A stretch of 64,000 nucleotides of DNA from Simkaniaceae bacterium (GTDB lineage: Bacteria > Chlamydiota > Chlamydiia > Chlamydiales > JAJFMI01), in the NCBI GenBank assembly GCA_040880145.1, contig JBBDIZ010000024.1, positions 24,009-88,008 of the forward strand, in the 5' to 3' direction. The stretch's first letter is position 1. Each line of letters starts with the position of its first letter. A model generated the notes under the pieces. The model was given only the letters and a program-made list of their open reading frames with translations. It did no database searches and had not been told where the DNA came from. The translations under genes were made by a program, and so were the position numbers. Shown here piece by piece: positions 56,258-64,000 of the stretch.

Positions 56258-58471
56258 TTAGAGGTAGGTCGTCAAGGGATCTATGTCGATTAAAAGACGG
56301 ATTTCTTTTGGAGGGGTCGGCATTGGAATTTGAGAAAGCTGCATAAAGTTTGGACCTTTCGCTAAAAAATGAAAGCGGTAACGATCTTTTATTCTAGCAT
56401 ATCCGCAAGGAGTTACAGGAAAAAATTCAAATGGAGGTTTTAGTTTCTCTTTTAGGTATTGATGGAGGTTTTCGGCCCATTGATTGGTTTTTTCTTCATC
56501 AAATCCGGTAATAATAAATCGGGCCAGGCGATTAAAAGGAGGGAAATTAAAGCTTTTTCTTACCTTAATTTCTTGATTGTAGAATTCGTCATAGGCTTCT
56601 TTTGATCCCAAGGCAATCACCGGGTGTTTGGGTAGATGTGTCTGAATGAACACTTCTCCATTCAGCGCGCCCCTTCCCGATCTTCCGGAGACTTGCGCAA
56701 GCAACTGAAAGACGCGTTCAGAAGAGCGAAAATCCGGGATGTTGAGTGCTCCATCGGTGTTGAGAACCCCAACGAGGGTTACAGAGGGAAAGTGAAGTCC
56801 TTTGGCAACCATTTGGGTGCCGATGAGGACATCGGCTTTTCCCGATCGGAACTGCTTAAAAAGGCGGTCATGGCTTCCTTTATGGCGCGTGGTATCGGCA
56901 TCCATGCGAAGCGTGCGAATTTCGGGGAAAATCGCGTGAAGCATGCGCTCGACTTGTTCAGTTCCGGCCCCCCGATACTCCATAGTTTCTTCTGAGTGGC
57001 AAAGAGGACATTTGCGAGGAGGAGGGCAGAGGGTATAGTCGCAGAGATGACAAGCGAGTTTATTTAAACTTTTGTGAAAGGTCAAAGAGAGTTCGCAGTG
57101 GGGGCATTTCAAGCTCTCTTCGCAAGCCTTGCAAAGAAAAAATGAGTGGTAGCCGCGGCGATTGAGAAAAAGAAGAGACTGTTCTCCTTTTTGAAAACGT
57201 TTTTCAATGGCATTTAATAAGGGTTCTGAAAGAAGAGGGGAGCGTTTCTCTTTTTCCTTCTCACGGTTTAAGTCGATTAAGACGACCTTCGGAAGGGGAG
57301 AGCTTTCTGCGCGAGATTTTAACGAAATCAAATTGTATTTCCCACTCAAGGCATTGAAGTAACTTTCAATAGAGGGAGTTGCGCTACCGAGCAAGCAGGG
57401 GATGTCTTCGATTTTGGCGCGCATGATGGCGACATCCCGTGCATTGTAGCAGGGACGCTCTTCACTTTGTTTATAAGAGCCTTCTTGTTCCTCATCAACG
57501 ATGATTAAGCCCAAATTGGGAAGGGGGCTGAAAAGAGCAGATCTTGCACCGACAACGATCAAGATCTCGCCTTTTGCAATCTTATGCCAGGCATCGTGGC
57601 GCTCTCCAATGCTTAATCGATGATGTAAAATGGCAATTTTTTCCTGAAATCGTCCTTTGAGCCTTTCGATGGTTTGCGCTGTGAGAGCAATTTCCGGAAC
57701 GAGCAGTATTACAGATTTTTTTTGAATAAGGGTGGCATCGATTGCCTGGAGATAAACCTCTGTCTTGCCGCTGCCTGTAATTCCATGAAGGAGGTGCGTT
57801 TGGAAGCGACCGAGAGATTTCAAAATTTCATCGAGGGCTAGCGCTTGTTCAGGATTGAGTTTTTTAGCTTTTGTTGGAAAGTACTCAAACTCTTTTAAGG
57901 GGCATCGATCGATTTGAATGGGCTTTAGCTGCAGGATCCCTTTTTTTTCAAGGGTGTCCACAGGGCTTCTCGATACACTTGCCGCCTCTAGAAGCTCTGT
58001 GAGCAATAGACCGTCGCTTTTTTTAATTAAAGCCTCGATGATACGCGCTTGAGAAGGATGTTTTGTTAAGAGCTCTTTGTGGATTTTAAGAAGCTCTTTT
58101 GGAGATTTAATGCGTTTGACTAAAACTTGCTGTTTTTCTTTAGCCAATCCTCTCACTGAAGAGGGAAGAATCAACTTGAGGACCCGTCGCATGGGAGTGG
58201 CATAGTAAAGACTGATCCAACGGGCAAGTTCAAAAAGAGATTCGGTAACGGCCCCTTCCTGAAAAAGGGGTTCAATTATGGGTTGAACTTTTGCGACTTC
58301 AGGCTTTTTCTTTAAAGTTAAAATCGTTCCTTTTACTTTTCGTCCTCGAAGTGAAGCTAAGACGCGCATTCCAGGTTTTAGCTTCCCATGGAATTGATCA
58401 GGAATGGCATAGTCGAAAGGTCTTTCACCTGCATTATCGATGAGAAGGCTTAGGAAGGCAGCGTCTGACAT
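56258..58471 (-). CDS. priA: Primosomal protein N' (replication restart helicase)
   Basis: HGITGSGKTEVY, IVDEEQ, LNRRGY, Cys clusters, GTQMVAKG; start placed at MSDAAF. Confidence 0.95.
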   Translation of the reverse strand: MSDAAFLSLLIDNAGERPFDYAIPDQFHGKLKPGMRVLASLRGRKVKGTILTLKKKPEVAKVQPIIEPLFQEGAVTESLFELARWISLYYATPMRRVLKLILPSSVRGLAKEKQQVLVKRIKSPKELLKIHKELLTKHPSQARIIEALIKKSDGLLLTELLEAASVSRSPVDTLEKKGILQLKPIQIDRCPLKEFEYFPTKAKKLNPEQALALDEILKSLGRFQTHLLHGITGSGKTEVYLQAIDATLIQKKSVILLVPEIALTAQTIERLKGRFQEKIAILHHRLSIGERHDAWHKIAKGEILIVVGARSALFSPLPNLGLIIVDEEQEGSYKQSEERPCYNARDVAIMRAKIEDIPCLLGSATPSIESYFNALSGKYNLISLKSRAESSPLPKVVLIDLNREKEKEKRSPLLSEPLLNAIEKRFQKGEQSLLFLNRRGYHSFFLCKACEESLKCPHCELSLTFHKSLNKLACHLCDYTLCPPPRKCPLCHSEETMEYRGAGTEQVERMLHAIFPEIRTLRMDADTTRHKGSHDRLFKQFRSGKADVLIGTQMVAKGLHFPSVTLVGVLNTDGALNIPDFRSSERVFQLLAQVSGRSGRGALNGEVFIQTHLPKHPVIALGSKEAYDEFYNQEIKVRKSFNFPPFNRLARFIITGFDEEKTNQWAENLHQYLKEKLKPPFEFFPVTPCGYARIKDRYRFHFLAKGPNFMQLSQIPMPTPPKEIRLLIDIDPLTTYL

Positions 58472-59196
58472 AGGACATTCCATAAAGAGCGCTTGAGAGC
58501 AGGGTCTTGAGCATAAATTTTTAGGTTCGGGAGTAAAAGAAGGGGAGTCTTGCCAAGAGACCGCAAGCGCTTTTGAGGATTTTCTGTGTATTGGCTTAAA
58601 AGGTTTGGGAGGCTGAAAAGAAGCGCATCCGGGCAAAGAATAAGTTTTAGATGTTTTGCTGCTAAAAAGCCCTCCCATTTATTCTCTTTTTCAAAAGGGT
58701 CGACCAAAATCAGCTTTGATCGGCCCTTGCAGGCTGATAATGCGTTGTTGAGATTTTCTAAAAAAGGCTTAAAAGAGCGCTCATTTTGGCTTACAAAAAT
58801 AGCGATCTCCGGAGCTAATTTTTTCTCTCTCCAGGCCTCTTTGATACGAATAGCTGATTGATCACTTGTAGGATTTTGACAAAGAGGAAGATGGGGAGCG
58901 ATTTCTGCAAAAAGTTTAAACCAGGGCGTTAGGACAGGGGCTGGAAGCGGCGCCTTTTGAGCGTTGCAGGTGATAGGGGATTTTTTTTCAACCTTAGGAG
59001 GCGGCTTTTTTGGGGCTGCAGGAGGAGGGGCGAGATTGGGTTGAATGGGGGGAGAAGAAGTGAATAGGACCTCTATTTTTTTCTTTTTTAAGGGAGTGTA
59101 CTGAAGAGGTTTCCCAAATACAAAGCTCTTTGGATCGTATTGCTCAGTAAGATAGGTTTTAAAATCGCCAATTAGGCTTTTAAGTTCATTTTGCAA
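58450..59196 (-). CDS. Conserved chlamydial hypothetical protein (CT779-like by position)
   Basis: Pro-rich linker, C-terminal LKRSLW; immediately upstream of priA. Confidence 0.65.
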   Translation of the reverse strand: MQNELKSLIGDFKTYLTEQYDPKSFVFGKPLQYTPLKKKKIEVLFTSSPPIQPNLAPPPAAPKKPPPKVEKKSPITCNAQKAPLPAPVLTPWFKLFAEIAPHLPLCQNPTSDQSAIRIKEAWREKKLAPEIAIFVSQNERSFKPFLENLNNALSACKGRSKLILVDPFEKENKWEGFLAAKHLKLILCPDALLFSLPNLLSQYTENPQKRLRSLGKTPLLLLPNLKIYAQDPALKRSLWNVLCQTLPS

Positions 59197-60115
59197 AGAG
59201 AGCCTCTACATATTCTTTTGGATTAAATGGGGCTAGGTCCTCTGCTTTTTCGCCTAAACCGATATATTGAACAGGAATTTTCATTTTATCATAAATGGCA
59301 AGAACGATTCCCCCTTTACTCGTGCCATCGAGTTTGGTCAAAATCAGACCATTGAGCGGGGTGAATTCGTTAAAAATTTGCGCCTGGTCGAGAGCATTTT
59401 GCCCTGTTGTTGCATCTAAAACAAGGTAAGTTCGATGGGGTCCGACCTCGATTTGCTTCTTGATCACCCGCCTAACTTTTTCAAGCTCCCGCATCAACTC
59501 TCCTTTAGATTGAAGACGCCCGGCTGTATCTGCAATCACGACATCATAGCCTTTTGCTTTTGCCTTTGCGATGCCGTCAAAAATAACGGCAGAAGAGTCT
59601 CCTCCACTTTGGCCTTTTACAAGATCCACACCAATTTTTTCGCTCCAGATCTCGAGTTGCTCAATCGCAGCTGCCCGAAAAGTATCGGCCGCAACAAGAA
59701 GAACGCGCTTGCCCTCTTCCTTGTATTGCAAGGCGAGTTTTGCAGCAGTCGTTGTTTTTCCGCTTCCATTGACACCAACAATCAAAATTACGAATGGATC
59801 CCCCTCTTTTTGCAGAGGCTCCTCAATTTGAGAAGGCTCCATAAAAATTGCAAGGGATAGATCCGCTAAGTAATCGATGAGTTTTTCCGGATCTTTAATT
59901 TTTGACTTTTTGACATACTCATTTAAATTTTCAGAGAGTTTGAGGGAGAGTTCGCTCCCAAGGTCCGCCTCATAAAGAATTTTCTCTAGGTCCTCAAAGG
60001 AGTCTTCCTTAAGACCTTGACTGAAGAGGCTGCGCAATCGATCACCCAAAAGGGTTCGCGTTTTTGCTAATGCTTTTTTTACTTTTTTGAATCCAGATCG
60101 AATAATTCCAAACAT
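59186..60115 (-). CDS. ftsY: SRP receptor FtsY
   Basis: GVNGSGKTTT, DTFRAAA, DTAGR, TKLDGTSKGG. Confidence 0.96.
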   Translation of the reverse strand: MFGIIRSGFKKVKKALAKTRTLLGDRLRSLFSQGLKEDSFEDLEKILYEADLGSELSLKLSENLNEYVKKSKIKDPEKLIDYLADLSLAIFMEPSQIEEPLQKEGDPFVILIVGVNGSGKTTTAAKLALQYKEEGKRVLLVAADTFRAAAIEQLEIWSEKIGVDLVKGQSGGDSSAVIFDGIAKAKAKGYDVVIADTAGRLQSKGELMRELEKVRRVIKKQIEVGPHRTYLVLDATTGQNALDQAQIFNEFTPLNGLILTKLDGTSKGGIVLAIYDKMKIPVQYIGLGEKAEDLAPFNPKEYVEALFAK

Positions 60116-60164
60116 AATTTGACTAAAATTTGATTTTATAAAATAAAAACGTTAGAGGTTAATT

Positions 60165-61334
60165 ATGAATACTCATGAGTACCAAGCCAAAGAGATCCTA
60201 CGCCAATATAACATACCGGTTCCGGATTTTAAAGTCGTAAGAGATTTAAATGAGGTGGAAGCGGCATTAAAAGAGCTCAATCTCAATGAAGCGATTGTAA
60301 AAATCCAGGTTCACGCAGGGGGACGCGGCAAAGCCGGCGGTGTCAAATATTGCAAATCTGTCAGTGAAATTAAATTGGCGGCAAAAGAGTTATTGGGCTT
60401 TAAGCTCGTCAATAATCAAACAGGTGCAGCCGGAAACATCTCAAAAGTGATTTTATTGACACGCCCTGTCGATATTGAGAAAGAGTATTATCTCGGTGCT
60501 GTTATCGATCGTGAAAATGGCCGGGCAACGCTGATCGCCTCACCTGAGGGCGGGGTGGAGATTGAAGAGGTTGCAGCTAAAACACCTGAAAAAATTCTGA
60601 CGCTGCCCATCGCGCTTGATGGGAAGCTAAAGCCCTATCAACTCTATACATTTACAAAGTTTATGGGGTGGGAAGGAGAAAAAGCGAAGAGTGGGGCGCA
60701 AATTGCAAGCGCAGTTGCAAAAGCCTTTATCGAAAGCGATGGCTCTTTATTAGAGATTAATCCGCTTGTTGAAGATACAGAAGGGAAGCTTTGGGCTGTC
60801 GATGCGAAGCTCTCAATCGATGAAAATGCTTTATTTCGCCAAGAAAAGATAGCGCGCTGCTACGACCCATCGCAAATCACGCAATCAGAAGCTGAAGCAA
60901 TAGAGCACGACTTGGCCTATATAGGGTTAAAGGGGGAGATTGGGTGCATGGTCAATGGAGCAGGCCTTGCGATGGCAACGATGGATATCATTCAATATTA
61001 CGGCGCCTCGCCTGCAAATTTCCTAGATGTTGGGGGGAGCGCTACAAAAGAGAAAGTGGCGGAAGGGTTTAAGATCATTTTGAGCGATCCTGATGTCAAA
61101 GCTATACTCGTCAATATTTTTGGGGGAATCATGAACTGCAGAACGATTGCAGAAGGTGTGATTTCAGCCGTTCAAGAGCTTCACCTCCATGTTCCATTGA
61201 TCGTCCGGCTTGAGGGAACGAATGTCGATGAGGGAAAGCGCTTATTAAAAGAGTCGAATCTCGAAATTATTGCTGCTGAAGATTTAAATGACGCCGCGCA
61301 AAAAGCGGTAAAAGCGGTAAAGGAAAGGGGATAA
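60165..61334 (+). CDS. sucC: Succinyl-CoA synthetase beta subunit
   Basis: [32 protein letters not shown]. Confidence 0.97.
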   Translation: MNTHEYQAKEILRQYNIPVPDFKVVRDLNEVEAALKELNLNEAIVKIQVHAGGRGKAGGVKYCKSVSEIKLAAKELLGFKLVNNQTGAAGNISKVILLTRPVDIEKEYYLGAVIDRENGRATLIASPEGGVEIEEVAAKTPEKILTLPIALDGKLKPYQLYTFTKFMGWEGEKAKSGAQIASAVAKAFIESDGSLLEINPLVEDTEGKLWAVDAKLSIDENALFRQEKIARCYDPSQITQSEAEAIEHDLAYIGLKGEIGCMVNGAGLAMATMDIIQYYGASPANFLDVGGSATKEKVAEGFKIILSDPDVKAILVNIFGGIMNCRTIAEGVISAVQELHLHVPLIVRLEGTNVDEGKRLLKESNLEIIAAEDLNDAAQKAVKAVKERG

Positions 61335-61338
61335 ACCG

Positions 61339-62217
61339 ATGCCCATACTGATCGATAAAAATACGCGCATTATCACCCAAGGCATTACAGGGAAAGCAGG
61401 AAGCTTTCACACAGAGCAGGGGATGGAATATGGCTCTTTGTACGTTGGAGGGGTTACGCCAAAAAAGGGAGGAACAACCCACCTTGGCCTTCCGGTTTTT
61501 GATACGGTCATGGAGGCTAAGCACAAGGTTAATCCTCAAGCTACTCTAATTTTTGTACCTCCGCCCTTTGCCGCCGCCGCGATTTTGGAAGCGGAAGAGG
61601 CAGGAATTGAGACAATTGTCTGCATCACCGAAGGGATTCCTATAAGAGATATGATCGAGGTAAGTCAAAGAATGAAACTGTCGAAAACCTCTCGATTGAT
61701 CGGCCCCAATTGTCCTGGAATCATCACACCGGGTGAGTGCAAAATTGGAATCATGCCCGGTTATATCCATAAAAAGGGAAAGATTGGAATTGTTTCGAAA
61801 TCGGGAACTCTTACTTACGAAGCCGTATGGCAGACGACAAAACTTAAGCTTGGACAATCGACCTGCGTAGGGATTGGAGGGGATCCCTTAAATGGAACGA
61901 ATTTCGTCGACATCCTAGAACTTTTTGAAAAAGACCCTGAAACCGAGGGCATCTTAATGATTGGTGAAATAGGAGGAGCCGCTGAAGAAGAGGCTGCGCT
62001 TTGGATCCGAGAAAAAGGCACAAAGCCGGTCGCTGCATTTATCGCCGGGGTAACCGCGCCGCCTGGACGCCGAATGGGTCATGCAGGCGCTATTATTTCG
62101 GGAGGCCAAGGGACAGCGAAAGCGAAAATTGCCGCATTAAGCGAAGCAGGCGTCATCGTAACTGAAAATCCCTCTGAAATGGGAAAAGCGATGCTGAAAG
62201 CATTGGAGAAAAGATGA
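61339..62217 (+). CDS. sucD: Succinyl-CoA synthetase alpha subunit
   Basis: QGITGK, IGPNCPG, SGTLTYE, RMGHAGA. Confidence 0.97.
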   Translation: MPILIDKNTRIITQGITGKAGSFHTEQGMEYGSLYVGGVTPKKGGTTHLGLPVFDTVMEAKHKVNPQATLIFVPPPFAAAAILEAEEAGIETIVCITEGIPIRDMIEVSQRMKLSKTSRLIGPNCPGIITPGECKIGIMPGYIHKKGKIGIVSKSGTLTYEAVWQTTKLKLGQSTCVGIGGDPLNGTNFVDILELFEKDPETEGILMIGEIGGAAEEEAALWIREKGTKPVAAFIAGVTAPPGRRMGHAGAIISGGQGTAKAKIAALSEAGVIVTENPSEMGKAMLKALEKR

Positions 62218-63329
62218 GATTTAATTTGCCACCGCACATTCCCGTCCGCATTACCATGGGGTTTTGGATCGTATCTGCTCTTTTAGGACTTTTCCTATCT
62301 ATGAATATTGTGGGGATGTTTATTTGGATTGGCATTATTTTTGTTTCAGTTCTTGTACACGAATATGGGCATGCCCTTACATCTCATTTATTTGGTCAGC
62401 ACCCTCACATCGAACTTGTTCCCTTTGGGGGCGTTACCTTTCCTGAGGGAAAACGCATCAAAAAATGGCAAGAATTCATCGTTGTCTTGAATGGACCGCT
62501 ATTTGGATTTATGCTCTTTGTCATAGGCTACCTTCTTCTCAAAATACCCAGTATCGCCGCCCTGCCTTTTGCGAATGTGATCCTCATTTTTCGCAACGTC
62601 AACCTCTTTTGGACGATCATCAACCTCCTTCCCATTATCCCATTAGATGGAGGCCATTTGCTTCGAATCAGCTGCCAAGGACTATTTAAAGAAAAAGGCA
62701 TCAAAATCTCCCTTTTATTCTCTCTATTTTTCTCCATCGCATTTTGCCTATTTTTCTTCCTAGTTGGAAACTTCTTAATTGGCGCTATCTTTATTCTTTT
62801 TGCCTTTCAAAGCTTTGAAGGGTATCGCCGAATGAAACACATGAGCGCTGTTGATGAAGATGTAGAAATACAAGAGAGCATGCAAAGCGCAGAGCTAGCC
62901 ATGAAAGAGAATCGAAAAGAAGATGCTGAACCCACTCTTATTGAATTAATTGAGAGCACAAAAAAAGGAATGATCTTCACAACCGCTTCTGAATACCTTG
63001 CTCAAATTTACTTTGAAAAGAAAGATTTTGAAAAAGTTTATGCTCTATTAAAAGGGCTTCGAAAGGAAATTTCCCTTGATTCTCTCCTTCACCTTCATGA
63101 AGCCGCATTCCTTGTCGGCGACAACCGCCTCACACTTGACCTAGCAGGTGTTGCCTTTCAGCAAACACAAAACTCCGAGGTGGCTCTTCGCTCTGCAAAG
63201 GCAGCCCTTCACCTTCGAAAGCACCAAGCTGCAATCGGGTGGGCCAAAGCTGCAAAAAAAGCAGGCCTTGAAAACTTTGATCAAGTGATCAAAGACGCCC
63301 TCTTTGATTCTATCCGCTCAAAAATTTGA
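62214..63329 (+). CDS. Site-2 protease (M50) family protein with TPR-like C-terminus
   Basis: [19 protein letters not shown]. Confidence 0.88.
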   Translation: MRFNLPPHIPVRITMGFWIVSALLGLFLSMNIVGMFIWIGIIFVSVLVHEYGHALTSHLFGQHPHIELVPFGGVTFPEGKRIKKWQEFIVVLNGPLFGFMLFVIGYLLLKIPSIAALPFANVILIFRNVNLFWTIINLLPIIPLDGGHLLRISCQGLFKEKGIKISLLFSLFFSIAFCLFFFLVGNFLIGAIFILFAFQSFEGYRRMKHMSAVDEDVEIQESMQSAELAMKENRKEDAEPTLIELIESTKKGMIFTTASEYLAQIYFEKKDFEKVYALLKGLRKEISLDSLLHLHEAAFLVGDNRLTLDLAGVAFQQTQNSEVALRSAKAALHLRKHQAAIGWAKAAKKAGLENFDQVIKDALFDSIRSKI

Positions 63330-63630
63330 GCACACTCTTTAAATATTAATTTTTTATTAGTTAAGGGGGGGGTGCATAACCCCTTTCAATATTGCGCGGC
63401 TAGCGGCTTAATCTCTTAGTTTTTTCTCCTCCCAGCAGCCTTTTCCACTATAACCGCCTTCATGACAGCATTCAGCACTGTTTCTACCAAAAATTTCATT
63501 GGACTATCATTTTCTGAACAGGGCACCGGACATTAAAAGAATAATTTCCATTTCTATTCGATTTTCAATTTCTTGATCTATCCAATATCCTAGTTGATAT
63601 CCATAAATATTAGAATCTATTCATAGGATA

Positions 63631-63728
63631 AACGCGAGAGACGCAAGAGGCGGAAAGACGCGAGAGAAAGTAGTTAATGATTTATAATTTCTTCTCTCTG
63701 CCTCTCGCGTCTCCCCGCCTCTTGCGTT
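63631..63728. repeat. GC-rich imperfect palindrome built of ACGC(G/A)AGAG units
   Basis: ACGCAAGAGGCGGAAAGACGCGAGAG ... CTCTCGCGTCTCCCCGCCTCTTGCGT. Confidence 0.75.
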
Positions 63729-63772
63729 AATAGTTTAGAAAGGGGTGTGAATGAAAATGTCATTGGCAGTCT

Positions 63773-63803
63773 AAAAAGAATGGGGTTACGGTTTAACCCC
63801 ATT
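63773..63803 (-). terminator. Possible intrinsic terminator hairpin inside the 326-bp element
   Basis: AATGGGGTTA-N5-TAACCCCATT followed by CTTTTT on the minus strand. Confidence 0.5.
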
Positions 63804-64000
63804 TCTAGGAGGATAAAATTATTATTTTAATGTCTGGTGCCTTGTTTTCTGAATGTAGTGCTTCAAAAAGAGTCTCCAATAGTGTATCCTGTTCTTGGTC
63901 TCTGGTCATAAATTCTCCTTGTTTTGTTGTGATTACAAGGATTTTGGGTAAGCCCTTAAAAAGTCATGGCAAAGCCTTTACAGAAGATTTTTCTTATCAA

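Larger units (their letters stand above)
63519..63844. mobile_element. 326-bp non-autonomous element with 29-bp TIRs and 9-bp target-site duplication
   Basis: Left TIR CAGGGCACCGGACATTAAAAGAATAATTT vs right TIR (reverse complement) CAAGGCACCAGACATTAAAATAATAATTT; flanked by TTTTCTGAA at 63510-63518 and 63845-63853. Confidence 0.85.
63416..63909 (-). pseudogene. Truncated transposase N-terminus (IS256-like), interrupted by a 326-bp element
   Basis: AAGGAG RBS plus MTRDQEQDTLLETLFEALHSEN, continuing DSPMKFLVETVLNAVMKA after removal of the insert and one TSD copy. Confidence 0.5.

Noticed and set aside
58472..58678. 69-aa N-terminal extension of PriA in the ORF track
   Set aside because: It overlaps the upstream gene and looks non-coding; the start at 58471 fits better

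Overview
A chromosomal segment from a member of the phylum Chlamydiae outside the Chlamydiaceae. The assignment is inferred from the UPF0158 gene, fused pdhAB, yycJ-ftsK, ptsI-ybaB-dnaX, the icc-groEL3-murF...miaA-rsfS-fabF-aas-cysS/lysS-priA gene order and ftsY-sucCD, plus extra genes such as hprK, ndh, a 7TM-HD phosphodiesterase and nadD. It is mostly housekeeping backbone with two tRNA genes (His, Cys). The backbone is interrupted by single AT-rich orphan genes that look like host-directed effectors: an Ulp1/CE-clan protease, Inc-like membrane proteins with CaaX-like tails and a Pro-repeat protein. It also carries three families of small non-autonomous repeats. The first is a 172-bp Correia-like MITE in 2 copies. 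The second is a variable-length TATACCGAAA palindrome family in 6 copies, one in-frame in comEC and one splitting a small gene. The third is a 326-bp element with a 9-bp target duplication inserted in a probable IS256 transposase remnant. The most unusual proteins are a lysyl-tRNA synthetase with an N-terminal B3/B4 (tRNA-editing-type) domain, a PlsC-ACP-acyl-ACP-synthetase triple fusion, and a pseudo-receiver (Asp to Glu) fused to an MBL-fold hydrolase. All calls come from motif recognition by eye; no searches were run.
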